Source: Haliotis rubra (Eukaryota). Taken from it: DNA of 64,000 bases. Location of the stretch: positions 124,001-188,000 of the forward strand of contig NW_025765148.1 of NCBI RefSeq assembly GCF_003918875.1, in the 5' to 3' direction. Shown piece by piece: positions 1 through 12,000 of the stretch (its first letter is position 1; the number at the start of each line of letters is the position of its first letter). Position numbers and translations under genes: made by a program. The notes under the pieces were generated by a model. It did not search any database, had not been told where the DNA came from, and worked only from the letters and a program-made list of their open reading frames with translations.

Positions 1-414
1 TGTTAAAATTTCGCCAATTCTCACTGAGTTTCATCATTTACTGAACTCATGACAATAATCTTTTCAACATTGCGAATTTGTTTTACAATACCTCAGTTCA
101 TTTGTAACCAGTACCTTTAAACAGTATGGAATATTTTGCAAAAACCTAGTTTAGAACAGTTGACTGAAGTATAAGTGCCTACATTTCCACTAGTGAGTCT
201 AAACTTTTGATGGGTAGTATATATTATGATCGTTTCAGTCACTCCTGACTGTCACACTCCCATTGAAAGAGACCTTGCTTTCTCCTTCATTTAACAAACA
301 TATTGATCAAAGTTCTGTCAGCTTTCTGCCTAGCCTATTATGTTAATTATGTTGTTTTCTTTGTTACATTGTTATATCCAGTATATATATACTTCCCCCT
401 TCTTCATGTTCCAT

Positions 415-457
415 TATGCTTGACAACGGTACAAGAATCTACCGAAACGTCGCACTC
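415..457 (+). ncRNA. Minimal type I hammerhead ribozyme motif (U3-A8 variant) in a Penelope-like LTR remnant
   Basis: TTGACAA-C-GGTA(caagaatc)TACC-GAAAC-GTC-GCA followed by AATAAA; upstream LKETLL..PSFNK resembles a Penelope endonuclease C-terminus. Confidence 0.6.
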
Positions 458-1174
458 ACGAATAAAAGAAGTTGTTATCCATAAAGTTTGTTCTATAAAG
501 GTCTATCTTTGCTTTAGTTTTTAATATAAATATGATACGAGTTTCAATAGTACTGTTCACTTTCCATGAAAACCAACGCGAGTTGCAAGAAATACCAGAA
601 AACGTCTTATCCCGAGAGGAAGTGTAACGTATTATATTCTCAGCGACATCACGTAAAAATATAGAGATTTTAAATGCAAAGAATGTGATAAATAAACCGA
701 GTTTTTGTTGGCTTGTTGTTGAATATATCTAACATCGGATTTAAAAATGGGTTAATAAAAGCGTTCATTTATAAATATGTCAACCGGTAAACTGGTATAT
801 TCTGGTATATAAAATATATTATTTTGCGCTACCCTACATGATTGGAACTTCATGTAGGTGAAATCTTTGCGTATACGGTATATATTTTTAATTACAATAT
901 ATTTACACTCGTACTTTTCCTGTCTGAATTTAATATTGTAATAATTGTATCATCAGCATACATGCCAGCTTTGGAAGTTTAAATATATAAGTTACATCGC
1001 ACATAGCACTTTGTAAGCATGTGCAACAAAACAAGGAGAGATTGACCTATTAAACGAGGGCCGAATGGTGGGGATACGGTAACCACAGTCAGAAGAAGAC
1101 CCAGCTGCCATGCTGACAAGCATTTATATCCATCCTGTCAATCAATCTCATTTTCAGAAGGTTAACTTTCACTC

Positions 1175-1215
1175 AGCCAATCACAACTCAGTTAACTCAG
1201 AAGTGAGCCAATCAC
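1175..1215 (+). promoter_or_regulatory. Paired CCAAT (NF-Y) boxes of the MED19 promoter
   Basis: AGCCAATCAC at 1175-1184 and 1206-1215, 31 bp apart, about 50-90 bp upstream of the ATG. Confidence 0.65.
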
Positions 1216-1261
1216 ATAATCCGTTACAATCACACCGATATTTCCACAAATATGGCCGACA

Positions 1262-1448
1262 ATGATGGCTGATCCTCTTCGTCGACCTGACCAAGTGTCT
1301 CCTAAGTCGAGCCCCCGGGACAGGGGCTCGAGGTCCCCAGCCTACCCTAGACAAGACTCAACAGGGACCCTCAAGACAACCATAAGCCTGGGAAAAATCC
1401 CTTCCGTTATTCACACCGGACCCTTCTACTTGATGAAAGATGTTCCGG
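1262..1448 (+). CDS. MED19: Mediator subunit 19, coding exon 1 of 6 (join 1262-1448,2172-2328,3451-3550,3920-4028,4399-4511,4837-4893; 240 aa)
   Basis: MMADPLRRPDQVSPKSSPR...GPFYLMKDVP; donor G|GTAAG; joined CDS is 723 nt and in frame. Confidence 0.9.
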
Positions 1449-2171
1449 GTAAGAACACAATGACTAGAAATTAGAATGACGCGTAGTCAAAGCAGAGACT
1501 GGCTAGTTGAACATTGATGTGACTACGCATCGTGTGGTAACTAGACGAATAAAGGTCGATTTATGTTTCTTATGCTTCATCGTTTTAACTTAAATGCGAA
1601 CGAAGCAATATGTGTCAGATTCCTGTCAACAAATGCACAGCAATGTGTTTGTGCTCCCAGCTAAGAGCTGCGATGCGGTCCTATGCAGTCAAGATGCATG
1701 GTCATGTCCTGACTGTATAGGACTGCATCGGAGCTCTCTTCTACCAGCATCCATGTATCCTTATGGGTTCTTGGTTATTTGCTCTTTCCCCAAATATAAG
1801 CATGATAAGACTGCATGGGATGGTGGTCAAGCTACTGTCATGTACCTGAAATATTGCTAAACGCTTTCTTGAACGATGGGGTAGCCTATGGTTTAAGTGT
1901 TTGTTCGCCATATTGAAAACCCAGGTTCGATTCCCATATGATATAAGTACAATGCAGGAAGTGCATTTCAGGTGTCTTTGCTGTGATGTTGCTTGAATAT
2001 TGCTGAAAGAGGTGTAAATCCTCATTCACTGCAGTGTTGAACAATTCTGAATTCATTTTGTCAATGAGTACTTTGTTACTTCATTGTAGAACACCTCAAA
2101 CAGCAATAAGTCATATTTTTGTGTTGGAAGTAGTATATATTTTTTTACATGGTTCTTACTCCCCATGACAG

Positions 2172-2328
2172 AACCTGCTGAGATCACCGGCAGCACCAAT
2201 TTACTGTCACAGTATGGGCTTGAGCACTCCTACAGCAAGTTCTGTGGCAAGAAAGTTAAAGAGGAACTCAGCGCATTCCTCCCTCATCTTCCAGGCAACA
2301 TCGACAGTCCCGGGATGCAAGACAACAG
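2172..2328 (+). CDS. MED19: MED19 exon 2
   Basis: EITGSTNLLSQYGLEHSYSKFCGKKVKEELSAFLPHLPGNID is the Med19 core; AG/GT boundaries, phase 1/2. Confidence 0.95.
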
Positions 2329-3450
2329 GTGATTCTAGCAGTTGGATGCTAGTTATTTGTTTCACAATACAACAGAATTTTCATAGACGTCTTTGACAAT
2401 TATACTAGTCTACAAGACAATTATTTGGTCCAAATGCACTGTCCACTGGACAAATGCACTGGTCCAATAAACCTGACCTGTGGGGTGTTGTCAGATACCT
2501 TAAGCAAAGTGGCAACATATCAGTAAAAGACCAGTTTTTTATTGGGTCATTTTTTTATTCTAATGTGCAAAATGGGCCATGGCCCCTGCCTTCCCCAATC
2601 CCTGTAATTGTATCCTAGTTGCATTGAGTAATGCTTATAATGTCAATCACTGTATTGTCAGGTCCAGACTCCAGTATCTACATACTAACGCCATGTATCT
2701 TGATTATTGCTGAGTGCGTCTTTTAACAAAAAATGAATATACAAACAAATATTTATGTGAGACACAGAGGTACAGATAAGCTGCATATCTGCGTAAATTA
2801 CGCAAATATTTATGTTACAACTCAAATTCATATTAAGTCTTTTTCGTACAAGTACGCATGACTTTTTGTAAATACTCACTAAATGTGATCTTACATGCAT
2901 AGTTAAATCATAGCTTGCGTACCGGTGCATAGATAAAATAACTGAGGTATATTCAGAGTTCTATTTCAACACATGAACTTTGCAACTTTCAGTCATTCTT
3001 GTCGTTTCTCATATTACAGATCCAATATAAATAACATTTAAGCTTTATTATATTTTTACAATCAATGGAAAATGGCAAAATACCCAAATGAGTTTGTGTG
3101 AGGTGGGTACAATTTAGCTGTTTACTCAAAGGAAATTTAGGATACTCAATTGAGATGAACACAAGCGAGTACATAACTCAATGACCCCAAAAGTTATCTG
3201 TAGCTAAAGACATGTCAGTTAGCAGACAAGACACTTCTTTTGGAACTTGCATGAATAGTTTATCCCTATTATATCCGGATATCACTGATTCTTTTGTCAG
3301 AAACCTTTCAAAATGCCAAGCACAAGGAGGTGAAGGCTTATCTTGATTAATTATCAGTTGCATATAAACAAATTAGATTTATTAAAATGATAAGTGACAA
3401 AAGATTTATCAAAACAAGCAATACAAAAACAATACATTTCTTTGTTTCAG

Positions 3451-3550
3451 TTCACTGCGGTCGTTGATAGAGAAGCCGCCAATCATAGGCAAAGAGTTAT
3501 CTTCCCTTGCTGGGTCTGCTCTGACTGGGTTCCGGCTCCACCCAGGACCG
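3451..3550 (+). CDS. MED19: MED19 exon 3
   Basis: SSLRSLIEKPPIIGK...GFRLHPGP; tttcag acceptor, gtatgt donor. Confidence 0.95.
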
Positions 3551-3919
3551 GTATGTATTGTGCACCCAATGGTTTCAACCACTTATGTTTACGTCAGTAG
3601 CACTGTATGGTCATTACCAGTGTGAGTTGAAAAGTCAGCAATGATGTTTATATGTAGATATATGGGTATTTCTCGCATAGCATACTTCACAATTTTGCTT
3701 TTACTCATCAGTAATATCTTATCACAAAAATGGCCTGTTTTTACATTTGTAAGTATTGCCACACATGCAGCTGTGTTCTTGTATAAATGATTCTGTTTCA
3801 TGTGGCGAGAGCTAGTTATCTCATTGATGTAGATGTTGCTCATGCTATCAACCACTAGTTTGCCCCAGGTTATTACCTGTGATGATTAGGAAAGGCTGAG
3901 TGTTTGTATTTTTGTGCAG

Positions 3920-4028
3920 CTTCCGGAGCAGTATCAGCTGTTGAACCAGATGACCCAGAAGAGGAAGCACAAGAGGAAGAAGAAGCACAAGGAAGGGGAG
4001 AAGGGGAGTGCACTCCAGGAAACTCAGA
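3920..4028 (+). CDS. MED19: MED19 exon 4
   Basis: LPEQYQLLNQMTQKRKHKRKKKHK; gtaagt donor. Confidence 0.92.
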
Positions 4029-4398
4029 GTAAGTCAGGGAACTACATCCATATAGGGCTCAAAGCATTGTACATTATGATCGGATTATCTACAATACAAA
4101 TGGGGTGAGGAGCATTATCTACAATACAGTAGAGGGGGACTGTGTGCAGGATGCAGGTGATAGGTGAGGTGTCACGGACATCAGCTCAACTTTAGACATG
4201 CTTCTGTATATAATGAAATTCAGGATGTGTTGCTACATTACAAGTGAGGACTTGTGACATTTTGCAATTTTTCAGGTTTAGATTGTGGGATAATCTCCCG
4301 ACTTACTTTTTTATGATGTAACTGAAAGGTGATAAAAAAATATTCAAAATCTGTCTATCAAATATTTCATTTGTCCATTGTTGATGTTGATGTTGCAG

Positions 4399-4511
4399 CT
4401 GAAAATGCAGCTGATGCGGAAGCTAAGAAAGTGAAGAAACCAAGGAAGGATGAAGACAACAGCAAGGACAATAGCAAGAAGAAGGAGAAGAAGAAGAAGA
4501 AAAAGAAGAAA
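4399..4511 (+). CDS. MED19: MED19 exon 5 (an in-phase alternative acceptor lies 12 nt downstream)
   Basis: Lys-rich KKKEKKKKKKKK tail; gtaagt donor. Confidence 0.85.
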
Positions 4512-4836
4512 GTAAGTTGCAGTGTTACCATCACAATATGAACTTAGGTCTTGTTTCTTATATGGCCTTTTTGTTCACATAACAGTAACATTTAGTAACC
4601 AATCTTTATGGATTTTTACCAACTTTTTCAAGATTAGACAAAAACACTTATTTGTTTTGAGGCCAATTAAATTAAAATCAAATTTTACTGTGATCTTCAT
4701 GCAAAGCAGTATCGTATTTGTTGATTCATTGATTCTGTTGAAATTGTTTCAAGGGATATTGATACAAAGAACTAATTACAATATTTACAAGATTGGCGTA
4801 ATCAACTTGTATATGGATTCTTTTTTGTTTTGCAAG

Positions 4837-4893
4837 AGACACAGTCCAGAACATCAACCTTCTGCAACACAGGGCAGTGAAGGAGCTTCATGA
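4837..4893 (+). CDS. MED19: MED19 terminal exon
   Basis: RHSPEHQPSATQGSEGAS*; resembles the vertebrate RHSPDH C-terminus. Confidence 0.85.
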   Translation, partial: RHSPEHQPSATQGSEGAS

Positions 4894-4909
4894 AGCATAC
4901 CATAGGATG

Positions 4910-5200
4910 CAGAATGTGGGCGGAGTCTCGCCACGTGACATAGAATGTGGGAGGAGTCTCGCCGTGACATAGAATGTGGGTAGAGTCTCGCCATGTGACA
5001 TAGAATGTGTGCGGAGTCTCACCATGTGACATAGAATGTGAGCAGAGTCTCACCATGTGACATAGAATGTGGGTAGTCTCGCCATGTGACATAGAATGTG
5101 AGCGGAGTCTCACCATGTGACATAGAATGTGAGCAGAGTCTCACCATGTGACATAGAATGTGGGCGGAGTCTCACCATGTGACATAGAATGTGGGTGGAG
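4910..5200. repeat. 31-bp minisatellite (about 9 copies) just after the MED19 stop codon
   Basis: Unit CCATGTGACATAGAATGTGAGCAGAGTCTCA. Confidence 0.9.
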
Positions 5201-6693
5201 TTGTGGGACACAGATCATAGCATGTGACAGAATGTACGTGTCTCGTGGCCATGTGCAGATTCACATATGAGGATGAATGTTGGCGGAGTCTGATATTCCA
5301 CAGGTGCATTTTGAAATTTTGTTGGATGCTGAATGCAACTGACAGAGTTGCCTCCCTCAAGTGTTGATAGAAACTCAAAGCAAAAGGGTGCTGTGAAAGG
5401 GACCTTTTCCAGATTTTACAACAGAAAAAGACACAGGCAGTTACTTTGCAGCATCCTCTATTATCAAATTTGTCATGTCTCTATTGTATTATGCCAAGTG
5501 GTTCAGGTGTTTGTTCGTCATGGTAATAGCCTGTTTGTAGAGCACTGACACAAGTACAATGTGCTTGCCCACATCTGGTGTCCCATGACGTGGTACTACT
5601 CGAACACGGCAAAAGTGATGCAAAATTGTACTCTCCTTCATTTCCCTCTATAGCCTCAGTTTGGAAGTGATGTCACATCTCCTGTCTCTTACAATGCCTT
5701 CTAAACCCAAAATCTGTCGTAATAGAACTGAGACATATACACTAGATATTTAAGGCTATTTGGAATGTGGACTTGTTTTACTGAAATAAAATGTCATAGT
5801 GATGTCAGTATTCTGTAGTATCTGTGGCTCCAATAATAGACGTGAAGGTCGAAACTTTGAGAATTGATTGCACAGATTAGTCAGAATACAGGGATTTTCC
5901 TGGGCTATTTTTCTGTTGTTAATTAGTGGTCCATTGGACTCCCAACTGTGTAACTGTAGTGGTGTGAGTGTGAAAACTATGTCTCCCACACAAATAGGGG
6001 CCTGAGAGAAATAATGAAAGTTTAATATCATACTCAACCGCAGTTGACACAAGATTGCTCATGTTCAGAGTCTGTTAGTTGAAAATAGAGATCTCCATCT
6101 AAATACTTGTGTTAAATCATGAAACAGTCAACAGTTTTGCAGTTATTAAATGATACGTGGAAAGTCATTATTTTGCAGGGATGGGGGTGTTAGCTTGAGA
6201 TTTGGTGCTTCCCTGCACAATTGGTTCTAAATTAAATGAAAAGGGAAAATATATACAGGTAACCAACCCACCAGCAACAGAATATGGTCTCTGTCACACT
6301 ACAGGGTTCGCTCAAGCTCAACACATCGGTAGGGCAATATGTGGATGGTGAGAACCAACCAGAAATATTAATTTCACTTTATATTCAACTCCTACTGCAT
6401 CAGACATGCAGTTTTCCTGTGTGAGCGTGAACCCTGTTGTGACTGAATTGTTGTCTACCCAACAACAGTTGTTTCACAAATTGTAAACACTAAATATGAT
6501 TATTGTTTCGCTCAGGTATTTATGTGGGTTTTTATACAAACCAGGATGCAACATTAAGTGAATTTATTAATATACCCTACTTAAGAAATGACTGTTCGTT
6601 GTGTAGGGCACCTGTCATGGCAGGTTTAAGTTTTTATAGCACCTCTATTTGTTGTATGTATATTTTGTACTGACGAATTCTCTGTGTTTCAGA

Positions 6694-6699
6694 AATAAA
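6694..6699 (+). terminator. Probable MED19 polyadenylation signal
   Basis: AATAAA followed by a T/GT-rich tract at 6718-6740. Confidence 0.5.
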
Positions 6700-7359
6700 A
6701 GATCTGAAATATGGGAAATTTTTTTGTTATGTTTTGATATTTATCCAACATGTTAGAATGAACTATGTTCCCACATCTCTTCACTGCACAAAATACGGTC
6801 TAAAGACTATTTGTCTATATTTAGTCAGGAAATGGAAAAAATTACCATCTACAACCATACATAAACTTTGTGTGAAGACAATGGTCAGCAGTCAGTGAGT
6901 TAAGTTTTACACCTATTTAAGCAATATTCCAGCAATAACACGGCAGACACCAGAAATGGGCTTCACACATTGTACCCATGTGGGGAATCAAACCCGGGTC
7001 TTCCACAAGGTTATCCCATGCCCCTGTTCTTACTCAGAACCTGTACAAGTAACAGGGCTAATACTGGCTTGAGATGTACATCAGTATCATAGAAACCACA
7101 CCTGTCATGGACTAGAATCAAACTTGGGTCTCCAAGGTATAACTGGATAATTTAACCACTTGGCTATGTCTAATCGCTTGTCATGGGAAGATGGAATGGG
7201 ATGCATAAAATAATTCCATATTTTGTGATAATCAATTTTGGTTTGATTAGAATTCCAAACTAGTTCAAAAACTTAAATTCACTGAACTAGTTTTATGGTA
7301 TTTAACATCAGTTGTAGTTAATGGAACTGTCAACATTAATACTGTCTCAGTCTGATATA

Positions 7360-7938
7360 CAGTAGAATACTTTTATAACGAACACGAATATAACGAACTG
7401 ACGGCTATAGCAAACTGTTTTAAAAGTCCCGAATAAACCCCTGTATATTATCATATAGAAAAGTCGTGAATAATGAATTCTCTATAACGAACTTAATGGC
7501 AATAGTGAACTGATTTGCAATCCCCAGGAGTCGCAGTTAACACTAATTAACAGTGTGAATAACGAACTGAGCGAACTCAATCAGTGTTCCTGCCAATTAG
7601 CTGTGCTCACTTTGATGCCAATATGGCGCTTCAAACATTGAAGAACTTTCTAGTTTCGAAGAAGACAACTGATATGTCTTCATTTGATTCACTTGCCGAT
7701 TTGAATGAGGCTACAGCACATATGCAGTCGGCCAAGCGTGGACAAAGCAAGATCACAGACTTTGTAGTGGCACGAATGTAACTGTCGTATGAATGAATGA
7801 ATAAACTGAGTAGGAATGTATCGTACTGTACAGTATGTCTTTATTGTTCTTTCAGTGGAATTTCGTGAATAGCGAACTACGGATATAACAAACTAATTTC
7901 AGTGGTCCCTTGGAGTTCGTTATAAAGGTATTTTACTG
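7360..7938 (+). mobile_element. Tigger/pogo-type non-autonomous DNA transposon
   Basis: 24-bp TIR CAGTAGAATACTTTTATAACGAAC (2 mismatches between ends), TA TSDs; internal transposase C-terminal remnant ...QSKITDF. Confidence 0.85.
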
Positions 7939-8626
7939 TATGCAATAAAATAGTTGTACAAAGACACAAAGTCAAGAGAAGGCTACATTCCATCACCTGC
8001 CTAATACCGGACTCTCATCACTGTCAGACCCGTGAAGATCCAGGTTAGAATCAGTCGTAACAGGCGACTGATGGGATTGGGTGGTCGGGGATCGCTGACT
8101 TAGTTGGCACGTCATTGTATCCCAATTGCGTAGATCAATGCTCATGGTGTTGATCACTGGATTGTCTGGTCCAGACTCGATTATTTACAGACCGCCAACA
8201 TGTAGCTGGAATATTCTGAGTGCGGCGTTAAACAACAAACAAACCAACCAATAATGGTGGATCTCATCACTGTCAAAATGGCAGAACATGAACCAGTCCT
8301 GCACTGCAGATGTTTCCGAGTCAGTACCCTGACACCATGAAAACATTGATTTTATACAAAAACTGTCTCAGCAAGACAAGCCAACCTTTCAAAACATTTC
8401 AAACCATGACGTCAATATTATAAAATTTTGATATATCAGAACTGGCTCTTCTGATTTCCACAGTTATCTTAATTTGAATCACCTGACCATCAAAAGTGGG
8501 CATTTTGCATGTATGTTTACCAGTTTGCTGAAACCCACAAACCTTGAAACTATATTCCGTGTAAATCTGGACTTCAAAGCCCACGAAAGGTTTTTCAGAG
8601 AGAATTGCTGTGCTCTGGGGTTCTTA

Positions 8627-8953
8627 GGGACCGTTCATAATGTATGAGGGAGGAGAAATGATGATTTTTAGGGGTGGGGGTGGGGGTTGTTCACCAATTT
8701 TTTCTGGGGAGGTAGGGGGTCATCAATTTTGTACACATGCACTGGGGGTGGTGGTGTTGTCATCAATTTTGTACATGAAGAAGAAAAATTATGCTAAAAA
8801 ATTATGGGAAGGGGGAGGTTATTGATTTTGTATATGACATGTGGGGGGTCACTTACTTTGTACGTAAATTTTAGGGGGGTCACACACATTGTACATGCTT
8901 CTCCATAGAAATCATCATAAAACACACACACCACATAACTTATGAACGGTCCC
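8627..8953. mobile_element. PIF/Harbinger-type MITE
   Basis: TIR GGGACCGTTCATA, TTA target duplication on both sides. Confidence 0.8.
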
Positions 8954-9333
8954 TTACAGAATTGGTTCCTGACAGAATGTCCTTATTTAGGAAAGTAAAC
9001 CAAATGTGAGATCATTTTGATCACACTAGTTACATGGCATCAATTCTAGAGTTAATATATAGTCCTGTTTTAACAGTCACTTTAATTTCATGAAACACGT
9101 CTAAAATATATCTGACTTCAATTACAAATAAAGACTTACTAACAACTAGATTCTGATTTGTCACATTCCTAAAAATATATGTGTAAATGTAATTTACTAA
9201 CATCCATTTCATACAAAAACATTGATGACAATATTGTACACATATCTCTTGCAACAGAATAATAAATGGTTTTAATTCATTCTTTCTCAAACACACATAA
9301 ATATAATTATAATGTAATTTTCTGAGTAAACTT

Positions 9334-9773
9334 GATATTTTATACTTATCCTGACTCATGTATTATTGCTTGTCTCCTTCCTTTCATGAAATGTAAACAA
9401 ACTGAACAATCACATGAAACCGCGAATAAACAGTCAAATTTGCTAATAAATTTCAAACCATATTGTAGAAGGATACTCCCTGAAACCTTATAAAGATAAC
9501 TTAAAGGGTAATAACTAAGTTAGCAAAGGATATAGTGCCGTGTTGGAGACACAGGTGCTCTCCCAACCGTCCACTAGGGCGAAGAAGGAGAGTGGGAAGA
9601 CGGGTGGCGCCGTTTTCCCGCCAAAACGGAGAGGGAGACAACTCGTGGTGAGTAGTGATTTTACGTCTGCTTTTTTGAAGGGAGCTTCAAAAAGGAGATA
9701 CAGGTGTTCCACTAACATTCGGGAAAGGAAGGAGACAAGCAATAATACATGAGTCAGGATAAGGAAAAATATC
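9334..9773. mobile_element. MITE with 41-bp perfect inverted repeats (superfamily unassigned)
   Basis: 9345-9385 is the reverse complement of 9723-9763. Confidence 0.75.
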
Positions 9774-9784
9774 CATTTATCATG

Positions 9785-9935
9785 TGCATTGCTCTATGCA
9801 CAATGCATTTACGAAGCACCCAAACAATCTGATTATTATTACCCCGGATAACCCAAGATGCCTGAGAGGCACCAGGTTATAGTCACATTACTATCCCACC
9901 GGGTACCCATTTTCTGCTGGGTGAAGAGAGGCAAT
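9785..9935 (-). mobile_element. SINE fragment with a Deu/Nin-like domain
   Basis: Minus strand CACCCAGCAGAAAATGGGTACC. Confidence 0.5.
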
Positions 9936-10428
9936 TTTGGACAAATATTGATAACGTAAGCTTACAGAGACCGAGGTAATAGTTGTGTTTCGGTAGTTCC
10001 AAAGCACCAAGATTGGAACGAAAACCTGAATCAGTTAAATATGTATCTTAAAAATACATCATTGCTCCACTGGATTGTACACACTTCGTTCCTCCAACAT
10101 CTGTAAATACATTTTGTCCATCTGCAGAGTAATTGTTGTTTGTTAACAAATGACAGACATCCATCAAGATGACACAATAATAGTGCTCATACATGCTCAG
10201 TTAATACCACACAAATACCAACTTCTGACACCTGCTGGTATTTTCTCTTCTTGTAGCCTCATCCTGAGCTGGAGTGTTCCCACGAAGATCATACACAAGA
10301 TAGAGCTCATGACTGACATCTGACAAAAAAAACGTCATTTCAGTCCGATGCAAGGATGCGTGATGGAGGAATGTAGTATGTACAAGGCTGTGTATTAATG
10401 ATGACCAGATGACCCCTGCTGGACGTGT

Positions 10429-10579
10429 CTATGTGAAGGTTACTTTATCTACAGGCATGTGCCCACTCTCCCCGAGATTCTTAATGTGAACTCGGCCACT
10501 GGGACGGATGACGAGGTATGTGATGCTGCCATTAGCGAGAGACATTCGTAGCCAACCCTCAGGAGGGAACTGCAGGGCT
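10429..10579 (-). CDS. PGAM5: PGAM5 terminal exon
   Basis: [20 protein letters not shown]...[15 protein letters not shown]. Confidence 0.95.
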
Positions 10580-10951
10580 CTGGAAACATAAAGGACAATG
10601 TCAACATGGACATACTTTGAAAATCAAAATATGTGGTACAAAATGTACTTAATTAAATGCCTTTCAGGAAAATAAAGGCCGCTATTCATAAAGAGATTTT
10701 AAGAGGGCATACACATTGTCCTCTTTCACCTACTTCCCTTATATATGACTATATGAGATGATATAGTATCACCCAATGTTTTTCATAGAACTGTTGGTAA
10801 TATGTCACGCCTGTTGGGTATTGCAAAACACTGCCATCCAGTTGCAATGTTCTATAACTTAGTTAGTGTAATATATTCAAAGAGGTTAATCATAATGATC
10901 ATAATATATTCAGTTTCCGTTGGTCCAATGGAAATATATACATTGATGAAA

Positions 10952-11114
10952 GAGTGAGTGAATAAGGTTTTACGCCTCTTTTAGCACTATTCCAGCAATA
11001 TCACGGCAGGGGACACCAGAAATAAACTTCACACATTGTACCAATGTGGGGAATCGAACCTGTGACTTCAGCGTGATGAGCGAACACTTTAACCACTAGG
11101 CTACCCCACCGCCC
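10952..11114 (-). mobile_element. tRNA-derived SINE family A
   Basis: Reverse complement of the family A sequence. Confidence 0.85.
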
Positions 11115-11607
11115 AAGAAACCGAGAAACATAATGGCGATCTGAACCTGTAGGTTCCACAAACTCAGGACATTGTTCCAATTCTTTATTCAGGCTTATTA
11201 CAGTTACAACTCATATTTACAATGCATAACAATTTAAATTACTCTGTAATACGGCTGAAAACCGTGTGGCCCTATGCTCCAATGCTAGCATGTTTTTCTG
11301 TTGGCCAACCTCTCACAACTGCACGTGGCTCGCATCACCTTGCCTGGCTGTCACATGACTCATACTTTTGTTCTAAATATAACTTACTGCTGTCAACCAA
11401 ATGCTGAAACTGGCAATTTCAGAAACCATGATCACAAGTACCTCGTATCCCCAAGGGCCATAACTCTGTACACTGCGGCGCCTTACCGAACTGGACTGCC
11501 TGTCACACATTTGCCACAACATACCTAGTACAGCAGCAGCCTCAAAGACCTACAGAACCACTCAGTGCGCAGGGAAAGAACAGATCACAGCGAAACACTG
11601 ACATTAC

Positions 11608-11741
11608 CTGCAGACAAAGTAGCGGATGACATTAGCGTGACAGACGATGATCTCGTAGCTGTCCTCTGTCTGGTCGGGGTCAGCTCGGTGGAAATATTTC
11701 CGAAAGGCTGCTTCCACCCTCGCCCCTTCTTTGTAAAACTG
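11608..11741 (-). CDS. PGAM5: PGAM5 exon 4 (TAGCAG NAGNAG acceptor)
   Basis: [20 protein letters not shown]...[18 protein letters not shown]. Confidence 0.95.
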
Positions 11742-12000
11742 CTAGAAGTAAGACATTATAAAGAAATGTGCAAATAATGATAAAATAAACAAAAACAACA
11801 AAAAAGGAATAGTGTCCAAAATCCAAACAGACTACTGGATACAACAATATATTCTGATGATGTGTCACTGTCATTCCACATTGACTGTCAAAGATTTTTC
11901 TAATCTTTCAAAATACCAATACATGTAGATATATAAAAAGAACCACTTCAAACCGAAGATTCATTAATTCAAACACCGTTGCTACTTTAGTTGCCACATC

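Noticed and set aside
2765-3208. Degenerate TIR element related to 48977-49465
   Set aside because: The shared left end is visible, but TIR/TSD boundaries are too decayed to call
10200-10330. Acceptor-like TTTTTTGTCAG downstream of the PGAM5 stop as an alternative last exon (PGAM5-S-like)
   Set aside because: In the required phase it adds only CQS then stop; no supporting evidence
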